Source: Octopus bimaculoides (taxonomy: Eukaryota). Taken from it: DNA of 64,000 nt. The DNA lies in assembly GCF_001194135.2 (NCBI RefSeq), contig NC_068981.1, positions 131,841,338 through 131,905,337 on the forward strand. Direction: 5' to 3'. The translations under genes and the position numbers were made by a program. Numbering within the stretch: position 1 is the stretch's first letter; each line of letters opens with the position of its first letter. This document shows, one piece after another, positions 26,501 through 38,815 of the stretch. The notes below the pieces were generated by a model that saw only the letters and a program-made list of their open reading frames with translations, made no database searches and was not told the origin of the DNA.

Positions 26501-29500
26501 GAAACTGGCCTTGTGAGCCAAAGGCTCAAGAAAGGTCTTTGATCCTTTTTTTCTCATATCCCCATATACACATACAAATTCACTTTTTGCCTTAGTAAGG
26601 ATCTAGTCCAATAACGGTTTCAAATTTTGACACAAGACCAGCTAACTTTAGGTGAGGGGATCAGTCGATTACATCGACCCCAGTACTCAACTGGTACTTA
26701 TTTTATCAACCCCAAAAGGAGATGAAAAGCAAAGTCAACCTCGGTGGAATTTAAATTCACAACATAAAAACAGGCAAGATGCCACTAAGCATTTCGCTTG
26801 ACTTGCTAACAATTCAGCCAACTTGCTGCCTTGATCCTGTCTAATAATAACTCAATAAATTTCAGCTAGGATTCAGGACTGGGTAAAGTATATCTATAAC
26901 TTTAGTAGGGATGGTAAATAGTAATAATCAACAGAAACTTACCATTGAATAATAAGTGTTTTTCTTTCTGAAATTAAAAGGAAAAACATATTTGTAAGAA
27001 GAAATAAAATATAAAAGCAGAAAAAACGAAAATACATCTGTTTGATAGTCAAACTAAACAGCTATCTAGACAAGCTGTTTCATCTCATGAACCCATTCTG
27101 TCAAGGTTTGTTGATCCTCTGCTATATATTTTGGCAATTGAGCTCATTGCCGTGGAGATTAGACGTGTTCAATACCACCTAGAGACACACTTTAACAAAA
27201 ACTGAAGGATGCCTCACTCCCAGTGGTCTTCCAACACTGCAGACATGAACCTGGAATTTCTGAGGACCTGTGCTATTACTAGATAGTAGTTGACCCTACA
27301 CTAGGTTCATCTGTCCCTTTGATAGGTCTTTTTAGTCCTGATTGGTTTCTAGCAACCCTCCTCACCAGGCAATCCTAGTGGGAGTGTCAATTGTGTGTGT
27401 GTGTGAGCTACATACTTTGTCCATTCATAATAGAATGCACATTCTTTTGAGAAATCAAAGTGGGGCTTAGGACAAAAATGGTTGACATATATTGCTCTAT
27501 GTGAAGATAATTTTGGTTTCACTGTAGACCAGCAAAGATCACAGTGAGTACCAGCAGACCTTGACTTCACAGATGATATAGTACTCATATCTAATGAAAT
27601 AGATCAAGTACAACAGCTGCTCAGCAGAGTAGAAACATCAGCTGTTAAAACAGGACTGTACACAAATGTCAAGAAAATGGAATACATGTCTTTCAACCAA
27701 TCAAGTGATGCTGAACTGTTTGCTTTGAGTGGTTCCAAATTGAATATTCCTGAAGATTTCAAGTACTTGGGTGGTTGGGTGAGCAGTTCGGAAGCAGACA
27801 TCAAGATCAGAAAGGTACAAGCATGGACAGCCCATTACAAACTAAAGGTCTGGAACTCCAAAACTTCCCAGGCAAATTAAAATCAAGCTGTTCATTGCAA
27901 CTGTCAAACCAGTGCTATTATATGGCTGTGAAACATGGACACTGACAAAGAAATTATCAAACAGGCTAAAAGGATGCTATGAATTGCCCTAAATATGAAA
28001 TGGCAGCAACATATGACAAATGAATGCCTTTATGGACAATTGTCAACAGTTAGTAAGAAAATCAGGCAATTACGGCTGTGACTATCTGATCATTGCATGC
28101 ACCACCCTGAATTAGAGACATCCAAATTAGTCTTGTGGAACCCACTTCAAGGTGATATAAGAAGAGGAAAACATTGTCGCATTTACACTGACAACTTAAT
28201 TACAGACACTGGCCTGGAATGTATCTAAGACTTCAAAGCAGTGAAAATGGACTGAAAAGTGTGGTAGGTAGACTTTGTTGCTGCAGCCCAGGTTGGAACC
28301 TGGCCATAATAAACAAGATGTCACTGCCCAATCTTCCTCAAATACTACCCTGCTGCATCTTAAAATCCCTAATAGGAGCAGAACCAGAGAGATGATATGT
28401 TAGAATCTTTCCCAAGGTTATTAGAGAAAATAAAAGTTGGAACTACTTGGGGTCGAAATATGTTTGGTTCCCCCAGCAGCATTACAGATGCATATTTTTC
28501 TAGGGAATAAAGTGCTGCTGGCCATAACTCATAAGCGAGTATGATATGATAGCATATATCATACTTTCGTTAATTGTTCTGGGTGCATATGTGGTCGTGT
28601 GCAGATATAGACAACCCACTTTCCATTGTCCCAGGAGTAGATCCAGCATTAGACAGCTGGAGGGAGGGTGAGCTGCACGAGCACTCAGCTAGTATTCATT
28701 TACAACTGAGTAAACTGGAGCAATGTGAAACGAAGTGCTTTGCTCAAGGACACAACACGCCACCTCAGACGGGAATTGAACCTACGACTTTCCAACTGAG
28801 CCGAACACCTTTACCACAAGGCAGTGCGCTTTCACTGTTGAATTAAGCAGTCTAGTCTTAGATTCGTGACTCTAGAAGTCTTTTTGATGTCCACGGCAGT
28901 GCTAAAATAGTTTAAGGTCCCTGAAAATAAATTACTTAAAATATTGATTTTTCAAATAACTAGATTTGTCTGAAAGTTTTATATTTATTTGGGAATAAAA
29001 GTATTCTTTTTATGAGTAACAACAATTTTTGTTATATTTTAGCGAGTTATATATTACATTTTAGTTCGTATTCCAGACGAACAAAATTATAAGAGGAGTA
29101 TACTAAAAGAGCCATTATAATTCGCCTGGCACATTTTTACGGATGGCTATCTCTATCCCGGTCAAAGTGAGTAGGGAAAAGGTTCACAGCCAAGGTCGCA
29201 GAAAGTTTACATTTTCATTGGTTTGAAAAGAAACACCTTGTAGTTTGTTAGCCTGCAATTCTACACCTATTAGCATACAAAGCCTAGATCTGATATCAAT
29301 TCCACCAAGTTGTCGCTGGAGAAAGTACCGCTGCAGTTCTCAGTCCAGATAAGGGAACTACCACCTCGGAATGGGAAGACTGTGATACCGTTCTCTAGGT
29401 CTAACCAGGTCGGTTACTTGCTCGACACTTCATTCAATGCGGTAACTAACTGCTGTTGATCAGTCGTCTAAAGCAACAAAGATATGACGATGTAACTTTT

Positions 29501-29639
29501 CTTACCGTTTCCCTCCTTTTTTAATCATCTTCTGCAGGGTTTTTGATTTCATAAAATCTCTGTGGACACAAGAAAAATGAATTCCTTTGGCTGTTTGAAT
29601 TGAAATTCTCCTTATACAACTTCGGACGAAAAAAGACAT
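15663..29639 (-). CDS. RBFA: Mitochondrial ribosome-binding factor A (RBFA/mtRbfA), 5 coding exons, 322 aa
   Basis: Exons 29639-29506, 26967-26943, 20998-20846, 17754-17645 and 16209-15663 (969 nt) join in frame with GT-AG ends. The N-terminus MSFFVRSCIRRISIQTAKGIHFSCVHR is Arg-rich and acid-free (mitochondrial targeting-like). RbfA-domain motifs: VEISKVKIDNDFTAVTVYW, IRHHL...VPPIVFV.D, LLKEADMG. Confidence 0.9.
17645..17754 (-). CDS. RBFA: RBFA exon 4
   Basis: VKIDNDFTAVTVYWVATGTEKDDIIQDMLTKKSYSIR; TACAG acceptor, GTAAG donor. Confidence 0.9.
18797..19890 (-). mobile_element. Heavily decayed mariner transposon
   Basis: Minus-strand frames: FRHFKE.DTNLEDK (HTH), VTGD, WWNFK.ILHLELVP, VLPHP; many stops and frameshifts. 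Confidence 0.7.
20112..20484 (+). mobile_element. Full-length tRNA-derived SINE (abundant family)
   Basis: GTGGCTGTGTGGTAAGTAGCTTGCTTACC...GGTTCAGTCCCACTGCGTGGCACCTTGGGCAAGTG head, internal TA/TG microsatellite, tail GACTGAAACAAGTAAAAG. Partial copies at ~14947-15090(-), 16672-16800(-), 22011-22160(+), 25205-25295(-), 37556-37680(-), 45000-45125(-), 55655-55760(+) and 60470-60640(+). Confidence 0.85.
20846..20998 (-). CDS. RBFA: RBFA exon 3
   Basis: NIPNVFGPAKKK...ESVEISK; TTCCAG acceptor, GTTGGT donor. Confidence 0.88.
21027..21410. mobile_element. Probable Helitron-like non-autonomous fragment running into a gap
   Basis: ATATATATAAAA...(GT)n ATGTTCCTTATGG...CCAATTTTGACG resembles a Helentron/HINE-type terminus. 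Confidence 0.35.
22700..23010 (+). mobile_element. Decayed CR1/Jockey-group RT fragment
   Basis: FKAFNSVWYANL, INSSVP* (SGVPQ-like), LLILYINNL. Confidence 0.55.
23018..23589. mobile_element. TTAA MITE interrupted by a 5'-truncated RTE insertion (~23041-23386)
   Basis: MITE left end TTAACCCTTTAGCATTTAAACTG; the remainder resumes at CATATATGGCCCAAATATTCTAC and ends AAGGATTAA. The insert encodes HWYGHVL...RP..RP.TRW.D (RTE C-terminus) and ends in a GAA-type tail. Confidence 0.7.
24576..25200 (-). mobile_element. Mariner transposon 3' half (D,D34D catalytic C-terminus)
   Basis: ORF 24653-25171: VMVTVWW, LLHDNARLH, LPHPPYSPDLLPTDYHIF, WQKCVDSDGVYFD; TIR-like TATTAGGTTG at ~24574. The 5' half is replaced by a SINE head. 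Confidence 0.9.
26625..26830 (-). mobile_element. Degenerate SINE (family of 58587-58825)
   Basis: TCGATTACATCGACCCCAG...AAAGTCAACCTCGGTGGAATT...AAGCATTTCGC matches the 58.7-kb copy. Confidence 0.65.
26943..26967 (-). CDS. RBFA: RBFA exon 2 (25-nt microexon)
   Basis: CCTTTTAATTTCAG acceptor, GTAAGT donor; (R)KKNTYYSM supplies exactly the phase 2->0 correction needed. Confidence 0.75.
27540..28230 (+). mobile_element. Decayed RTE-like LINE RT-to-C-terminus fragment
   Basis: FTDDIVLISNEIDQVQQLLSRVE, EDFKYLGGWVSSSEADIKIRK, VLLYGCETWTL, LVLWNP..G...RG. Confidence 0.75.
29506..29639 (-). CDS. RBFA: RBFA exon 1 (targeting peptide)
   Basis: ATG at 29639; GTAAG donor after 29506; phase 2. Confidence 0.85.
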
Positions 29640-30140
29640 GCTTACAGTAGGTAGTAAGTCCCTTAAGCCCTTACATCAAACTGCAAAAGGAAATTATGGA
29701 TTCGTTTTAACAATAAAAACAAACAAAGGAATAAAATCAATAATTAAAATATATACAGTAAAAACAAATTATTTCATTTCAGTATATTTTTATATGATAT
29801 ATTCGGAAAAATAAGGCCTCTACCCTCACCTCAATTTTGACTATTTTACAGGAATGATGTTTAATGAGTTAGAATTAGCGATATTTTGTCCTATAAACAG
29901 TTGGCTCAATCAGTAATATTTAGAACTTATTCTAATGAAGAAATCCTAGGAAGACATGGATAGTTGTGGTCCGGTGGGAAGGAAAAGCATAGTATTTTTT
30001 AAGCTTATGTTTACAATCTCAGCGAAGACTAATTTTTGAAGAGACGTATGTCAATGGGGAACACCGTTAGGTAATTGAGAGTTACCTCCCTTCATCAGAA
30101 AGTGCCAACAAACTTATTACGTTCGAAACAGGACAGTGTA
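29640..30140. promoter_or_regulatory. Putative bidirectional promoter/5' UTR region between RBFA and TCF25
   Basis: Only 501 bp separate the divergent ATGs, with no recognisable transposon in the interval. Specific core-promoter elements were not identified. Confidence 0.65.
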
Positions 30141-30320
30141 ATGTCTAGTCGTGCTCTTCGTCGACTTCAAAAGGACAATATCCCTGTTCTTATCCATGAC
30201 AGTGGCGACGAGAACAGTAACAGTGAGAAGGAGTTAAACAATGAGGATTATCTTCTGAAACCACGCGCACGCAATAAAAACAAGAAAAAGAAAGAATTCG
30301 TTGGTAATCGTTTCGATTTG
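30141..30320 (+). CDS. TCF25: TCF25 exon 1
   Basis: MSSRALRRLQ...VGNRFDL; GTAAAG donor. Confidence 0.92.
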
Positions 30321-33300
30321 GTAAAGTATTCAATATGTTGACTTTAATTTGGCTCTTTGATATAATAACTAGAATACTGTAGATTTTCTTTTTTCTGGAG
30401 AATAAGGAAGTTATACCAGTCTACAAGAAGTTTATTTTCTTGTACTATCCTTTGTGAATAAGGGTATGAATCGTTAAATAAAAACCTGCAAACTCTTCAT
30501 ATCTATGAAGAAACGTATGATCGTTGTCCTATGGCTTGCCTGAGAAAAAAATTGTCATTGTTTACAAAACTGGTTTTTGCCAAGATTAGGAGAAAGACCT
30601 TTTTGAACATTTCGCGTCAACCTGTTGCATTGATTTACATTTTTTTAAACCAGCGGTTCTCAAATGGTACGCCGTAGTTTTTTTTTTTTTTTTTTTTTTC
30701 TAATTATAATTTAAGCCTTCAGAAAATCTATACTAATGCTTGAGTGTCTTGAAAAACGTATTATTTATAATTTTTACATCCATGGTATACTAAATGAAAT
30801 AAAGTAAGTAGTTGATGGATGCCGAAATTTTATTTTAAATTTTTATGAGGTGCACCAATAATTTTATATTTCAGCTCCAGGATGTTATGAAGTTAAAAGG
30901 ATTGATTACACTAATCAAAAAAATATATGTCTGCCAGATAATTTATTTCGTCCAGATTAAAATTTCTTTAACTAACATGATTCAATAAATTTTATAATTT
31001 TTATTGTTAAATAATAACAGTGCCATCATCCGATTTTAGCGTAATCTCTGTATTCCTTTATGTATGTAGTTACTTGATATGGTGCAATAATTTAATAAAA
31101 GTTCTAGTGATATAATAGCTGATTGCTTCTCATCAGAAGCTCTGGGAACACAAAATCTATTTCCTCCATACGTTGCTTTTAGGGTTTAAAGTTGTTGATC
31201 GTTAAATTAAAACTTGTAAAATCTGTTTATATATCTAGGCCGACTGTAAAAAAATGAAATTGTGGATTCTGTGAAGCAATTTTTATTTTATTTTAATGCC
31301 GAGAAACAGTATGTTCCCTTTTCTGTTTTCTGGAAGATCAACTTCATTACAATTGTTAAAAGTAACAGAAGAATGGATAGATGATGTGAATGAAGGAATG
31401 AGAATAGATTGCATTTTCCCGAGGTATTTGATAAGGTATTGCACTTGAGACTTACAACTAAGCTAAAAACATGTGGTTGTAATGTTTAAGCATATCAACT
31501 TGGATTGAAAACTTTTTCAGTGACAGAAAACAAGTGATTGTGACAAATAAATCAACATAGTTCTCCATGACATCAGGAATACTTTAAGGATTCCAATCCT
31601 TTTTGTAATACAAATCAAAGACTTCCTAGAAATGTTAACTCAAATCTATACTTTTGGTGGTATGGTGCCAAAGTTACCCATGCAAAACAATTCAAGAGGA
31701 ATGCTTTCCTAAACTGTAAGAAGATATCCAGGAAATAGAAAACTGGAGTGATACATAGATGTTAGCTTCCCATCCAGATGTGAACATCTTCACATAGGAA
31801 GAAAGATTTACGAAAAAGAGAAATATAAGCTGTGCCAGACTGTAATCAGAATGAGGGTGAGAGAAAAAATTATAAGAAAAAGCTTATTGTGATAATAGAA
31901 AAATGATAGTAATTTTTAAATGCTTATCATTGAAATATATCCCTTTACAAATGTATTGTGAGATCCTATTGAGATTATGCTGATCCAGTCAGGAGTTCCT
32001 TCAATAAAGAACACAGGCAAAATTTGATTTGTATGAAAAAGAGCTACTGAGCAACTACTTGGATGAATAATCTGTTTCAACCATAGAGATCAAAAAAATT
32101 CAAACAACCGAGAAGGTATTTTGGAAATATAGAAAATAGTAAATGAACATTATGAAATAGATTTATGTAATTTTTTACCCCTGACGTGAATGTAAAACAA
32201 AAAAAAAATGTAAAAAAAATATACAAGAGAACGTAAAACAGAAACAAGAGGAAAGTGACATTCAGTTTGAGAACAGTAAAAGTTTGGAATAATTTGATGA
32301 AAGGAGTGGTAACAGTGAAAACAATAAATAGAATTGATTGAAAAAACATTGTGGACAAATCGAAATAAAATATGATAATTAAAAAGACATACTTTGGGGT
32401 ACCTGTGGGGAACAATCAATTATATCAATATAGTACTGGATAGCTACTTATTTTACTGAACATAGAAGGATGAAAGATAATAGCTTCAACATAGTTCAAA
32501 TTTAGAGAATAAAAATGCCATTACTAGATACTGTAAAGCCCCTTCTTCAAAGCTCTAAAGATTCTACCTATCAACCCCGCTTCGGCTCCTGTTTATCTCC
32601 TTATTAAGATGTATATTGTTATATTTATAGTATTCTAAGTAATTAAGTATTTTGTTCTCTATTAATATATATATGCATGCACTGTAAATAAAGGCTATGA
32701 ATAAAATGTGCTTGCTAATTCCATTTGAAAATAGTTTAAGCATACTATTTGGCGACCAATACACAGACATTTGAGGATTTGAATGAACTTCTAATATTGG
32801 GTAGCCTACTCAGTGAAGATTTTAAATTGTAATAACCAGCTAACAAGATTTAATCCAATAAACACTTAAATATTGATAATACTGACGAAGTGGATGCATA
32901 ACTACAACAGTTTAACTTAAAACTATTTATGTGCCCCTGGACTGGCTCTTGTGCAGGTGGCACATAAAATACACCATTTGAGCGTGGCCGTTGCCAGTAC
33001 CGCCTGACTGGCCTTCGTGCGGGTGGCACGTAAAAGCACCCACTACACTCTCAGAGTGGTTGGCGTTAGGAAGGGCATCCAGCTGTAGAAACTCTGCCAA
33101 ATTAGATTGGAGCCTGGTGTTGCCGTCCGGTTTCACCAGTCCTCAGTCAAATCGTCCAAACCATGCCAGCATGGAAAGCGGATGTTAAACGAGGATGATG
33201 ATGATGATTAAACTGGAACTAGTTAAGCTAAAATCCTTTGCATTATGTTTCATCAATGCAATCATCAAACTGAAAGATGTCTCATGTCTGACAACAATTC

Positions 33301-36300
33301 AAGATGGCTTAATTGATGTTTTAAAGTGTACTGTTGAGAAAGTAAAGAAAGACCTCTCAGATATTAAAATTTTTGGATATAAAACAAACCAAGAAGAATT
33401 TGCTAAGGCTCAATGTATATGTTTCTTTCTGTAAATTTTCTGCAATCAGAGATGACCATGGAGCCAAGCTTATAACATTGTTTTGTTTCGTTTTTTTTCA
33501 TTTTAAAATCAGTTATGTTCAGACAAAAGTAAAGATTGTCAATTATCTAAGAACACAACCCTTTTGATAGTAACCTGCTTAAGACTTCATTTGGTTTTAT
33601 GATACAAACTTCTTATTTTAAAGTGATCTAGATAAAAGTCTTCCTTTAAAATTTCATATTAATGTCCCAAATGCCAGCTTCATTCTGACAAAGTGAGGAA
33701 TTTCAACCATGTTTCGTTGTCTGCTACCACAACAGCTCCTTTATAGGATCCAGTTAGCTCAAGACATCATCAGGAGGAACCATGTCCGGTTTCGGCCCCT
33801 ACTCCTCTACCGTTTTGACGTGGCGGGGCCCCACCTTTCGGAGGTGTCTTCAGCTCTGGTGTTGAGTGCATGTCTTCTTTCTTCTATTCCCTGGCCTCTT
33901 CGATGCAGCATCAACGAGTGTCAGCGTCCGACTGACTGTCTTGTCAAATTCCCCGTTTTTATACCTGCTGCTAGGCTCCAGCAGGCTGCCCCAGCAAGTT
34001 GTCACGTGACACTGTCTAAACTTTAACTGATCCAAATCTTTTCTCTCCTTCCTGGTAGATTGTATAAGCCAGGTTCTTGAGCTTTTGTTCGTCGTCGCTT
34101 TGAATTTGGTGGTCATTCTTGATACTTCGTTGTTGAATTTTTTATAACTCGCTGCGTCATTTGCTTTCGGCCACTTAATCTTTGTCTTCTTCACGCCTAT
34201 CACTGTTTGTGACTGTTCTAATTCAACTGTGGAATGTCCCTCGCTATGGTTATTTTCCAGGAGGTTCTGGCCACACGTCTTACGGTTCATCAATTTTACT
34301 AAATTCTTCATTATTTTCAAAATTTAGTGAAAGAAAAGCAGTGCATTTCAGCAATGCTAACAAAAGTGTTAATCATCTCTGACCTGGTTAATTTTGTTGT
34401 TATGCAGTCTGAACATTTTCTCTTAGATCAATAATGCAGACAAATTTTAACACAGAAGTATTTTACATCACATAAATGTTTTGGTACAATTTCCTCTACT
34501 TGGTTTTTTTTTTTTTTTTCATATAATCTCATGTCTTTTGTGTCTTACATCTTGAACTTAGAATAGTATTTTTGTTACAATGTTGTCTACAACCAATATT
34601 AAACATTTTTCTATTTAGATATATCTTCAATGGCTTGTATTATATCTTAAGAGTGTTCAATGTCCTCTGCCTAATTTTACTGAACATTTAACAAGTCTAC
34701 CCTGGTCTTTGCTTATATATATGTGAGTATGTACAATAATAGTGTTATGTAAAAGATTGTCTTACACTGACTTTCTAACTGGAAGGTTTTTTTTTCCTTT
34801 TCTTTTTCCATTGACCACAATCTAAGTTGGGGAGTAAATTTTTCTTCAGGATTTATTTGTCTCAAATGTGACAAAATAAATTGAATCTCGTTATCAGTCA
34901 TTGTTCTTCCTTGTAGCTGGAAAATGGGAACAAAGAAGATGAGTGTGATGAAGAGGAAAAAGAAAAGGATGATACTCAAGCAGAATTAACAGAAAAGTCA
35001 AATGAAGTTGTTCAGAAAGAAAGCAAAATTGTACCACAAAAAAAGAAGAAAAAGAAGAAATCTAAAGCTACTCATGGATTTTGTAAAAATGAAACAACTA
35101 TTGCACAAAATGTAAGGAAGCTCTGATTTCAAGTTGGTAAAAATTCTTTGCTATTAATATAGCTGAGTTGCCTTTAAAATTATGTTCTCTAAAACATATA
35201 AAGGCAATATGACAGTATATCTTTATTCATTGCTTTTTTTTTTTTTTTTTTTTCAGTATGAAGATAACATTGATGCAGAAATAGAAGAAGCAAATGCTAT
35301 TTTGGGAGAATTTCCTATTCAGGAAAATAAGGTCTCAGATAAAGAAATAGCAGCAAACCATGCACGTTCAATTTTTAATGTTGAGCACAGGTGATAAGCA
35401 GTCTTTCATTAACTTTATTCCTTTCAATTTTTGTGAGAGAAAATATTTCATATTTTACTTGAATATCATTTAAAATACATTTGTTTTTTTTTTTCTTTCT
35501 CTCTAGGCATTTAAACCCTGAGTATGAACTGAAAAGATTATTTGGCTCCCGAGTTATAAAAAGTGAACTAACGTAAGTTTTTATTTCTACTGGCATGAAA
35601 CTAAGATTTTTTAATTAACTAATTAATTAATTCATTTATTCATTTATTCATTCAGATGGAGAAACTTCTCTCTCTCTCTCTCTCAATTACACTCAGCACC
35701 ATCTATTAGGTTCTGATTTTTGTTTTGAGAATTAACCTTATTTGGCATGCTGGGCTTGTGGATTGCTTTTTAGGTACCTAGGTAGAATTCGTCTCAAAAT
35801 GCAGAGAGCTGGAACAAATACCATAAGACATTTGGCTCAATATCTTAAAGATCTGGCTAACCACTACCCTAGATTGATACTATTGAGTTCACCCCAAAAG
35901 GATGAAAGACAAAGTTGACCTCAACATTTAATGCATATTAATACTTAATCAAGGCAGCAAGCTGGCAGAATAATTAGTACACTGGGAAAGATGTTTAGCG
36001 GCATTTCGTCTGTCTTTACATTCTGAGTACAAATTCCACTCAGGTCAATTTTGCTTTTCATCCTTTCAGGAACACTAGGGTTGGTGTAGTTGACTTAACC
36101 CTTCCCCCAAAATTGCTGGCTTTGTGCTAAAATTTGAAGCCAATATTTCATCATCATCATCATCCTTTTAACATCCACTTCTCCATGCTTGCATTGAGAC
36201 ACATTTTCTATGGTTCAATGCTTTCCTGTTGCTACCCCCCTCCCCTCCATCCATTTCCAAGCAAGGTAATATTTCTCCATGCTCAGATGTTTTCACTGAA

Positions 36301-37144
36301 GACTGGAAAGAAGGGACATCGCATATATGATGGCAACACTTGTTTGTCTCAACATTGCACTGTTGTATAATGTTGAGATAAGGAAACTCAAAAACACACA
36401 CATCATCTTCATCATCATCATCATTTAACGTCTGCTTTCCATGTTGGCATGGGTTGGACAATTTGACTGAGGGCTGGCAAGCCAGAAGGCTGTACCAAGC
36501 TCCAATCTGATCTGGCAAAGTTTCTACAACTGCATGCACTTCCTAATACCAACCACTCCGAAAGTGTAGTGGGTGCGTCTTACATGCCACCGGCATGAGG
36601 GCCAATCAGGCAGTACTGGTATTGACCATTCCTGAATGGTGCTTTTTACATGCCACCAGCATGAGAGCCAGTCAGGTAGCACTGGCAACGACCACGCTTG
36701 ATTGGTGCTTCTTATGTGCCACCGGCACAGGACCAGTCAGCCAGCACTAGCATTGACCACACTCAAATGGTGCTTTTTACATGCCACCGGCAGGGGGCCA
36801 GTCAGGCGGTACTGGCATCAACCACACTTGAATGGTGCTTTTTATGTGCCACCAGCATGGGTGCCAATCAGGTGGTACTGTCATCGGTCACGACAATGAC
36901 TTCACTCGACTCAACATGTCTTTGCAAGTGCAGTTTATTGCCCAATGATTGAAGGATACTCTTAAGTGGGCCAGTTATGCTGCACTGGCATAGACCACGG
37001 TTATGGTCTCACTTGGCTTGACAGGTCTGCTCAAGCACGGTATATTGCCAAAGGTCTCAGTCACTTGTCATTGCCTCTGTGAGGCCCAACTTTCGAAGGT
37101 TGTGCTTCACCACCTCATCCCAGGTCTCTTGGGTCTACCTCTTC

Positions 37145-37176
<32 letters not shown>

Positions 37177-38767
37177 TATAATTTAGATTTAATTGAATTA
37201 GGTACTTAAGTTGAAGCACCAGGTCAGTGTGGTATTATTGGCACAGTTCGAAGTGAGGTGAATAAAATCAAAATAAGCAACAAGATATCAAGCAGCAATG
37301 CAGCACAACTGTTTCAAGCAACTCCATAGTCTATTCTTAGCTACAGTAGCGACAATGGGAATTTCTTCCGTCTTCTTGCTCTGTTAAGATATTTAAGAAA
37401 AATTATGTGTCCTACTTGTTAAAATCTCATTCATTTATTTGTGCAGCTGAAGATGGCATTGCATTTAACCTGATGTAATGATTGCAATACACATGTATAT
37501 ATAGGTGGGCTTTAAATTTCTGTCTACTGAACTTCCTCAAGTGTTTACTCAAGTGACTTCTGCTATAGCCCCAGGCTTTTGTCAGCCAAGGACTATGTTC
37601 CAGTGTGCCATGCAGTGGGACTGAACCTAAACCCATGTGGTTGGGAACCAAAATTCTTAACCACAAAGCTACACCTGTATCTATAAACATCTATTAATAA
37701 TTCTATCAGAAAAATAAAATCACCTTTTGATTGTTTCTTAGCATTTTGTTGGTGTAGATTTTGAGAGAAGAAAAACACTTCAAAAGTATGTCAATTCTCT
37801 AATTCATTCTTAATATAAAAATTATATAAACATATAGGGATCAGCATGAGTTGCCTCACCAACATACTGAAAATTTAGAAATAGCAGCCAAAGAACTACT
37901 AATTCTAACTACAGTTTTTTTCTCTAACGGATGGCGATATTTATGGCACACAGAACAAAATAGAAGAGAAAACAAAAACAAAACTTGCCGTTAGTTAATC
38001 ATGTACGATGTTTCGTGATTAGAATATAAAATTCTTTTCCACTCATCAACATGATATACAAAATAAATCTGAAAATGCTAATTCACCCATGTATATCTGA
38101 CCATGCGACATCACATATCACATGAGAAGAAATCAGCATCCACAAATTTATCGACCAGTAAGTTCCGTATCCCTCCTCAAAATTGACCCATGTGCGCCAC
38201 AAATAGTCCCACAGAAAATACTGCAGTTTAACCATCCAAGAGAAGACCATCAATGTATAGATATAGGGCAGAGAATTGCCAATTAGTTAATAAAATTAAT
38301 AATTAACAATTTTGCCAAGTAGTTCAGTATGCAAAAAAACCTTTATCGGTAAACCATTTATAATTATAAACATATAGGGATCAGCATGAGTTGCCTCACC
38401 AACATACTGAAAATTTAGAAATAGCAGTCAAAGAACTACTAATTCTANNNNNNNNNNNNNNNNNNNNNNGATATTTATGGCACACATAGAACAAAACAGA
38501 AGAGAAAACAAAAACAAAACTTGCCGTTAGTTAATCATGTACGACGTTTCGTGATTAGAATCTAAAAATTCTTTTCCACTCATCAGCATGATATACAAAA
38601 TAAATCTGAAAATGTTAATTCACCCATGTATATCTGTGGTGAGGCAACTCATGCTGATTCCTATATGTTTATAATTATAAATGGTTTACCGATAAAGGTT
38701 TTTTTGCATACTGAACTACTTGGCAAAATTGTTAATTATTAATTTTATTAACNNNNNNNNNNCTATA

Positions 38768-38815
<48 letters not shown>

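Larger units (their letters stand above)
37826..38752 (-). mobile_element. Penelope-like pseudo-LTR / retrozyme-like partial tandem plus inverted repeat carrying two hammerhead motifs
   Basis: Direct repeat ~37826-38097 / ~38365-38636 (540-bp period); 38638-38752 is the reverse complement of 38286-38400. Hammerhead cores at 37998-38055 and 38534-38592 on the minus strand. Confidence 0.65.

Noticed and set aside
33700-33775. CTGATGA...GAAAC spacing on the minus strand suggesting another hammerhead
   Set aside because: The G10.1-C11.1 pair is absent and stem I does not pair convincingly.
36560-36890. Regularly spaced GCCACC(A/G)GCA units resembling a CRISPR-like array
   Set aside because: Internal sub-repeats of the RTE 3' UTR in a eukaryotic genome; the spacers are mutually similar and there are no cas genes.
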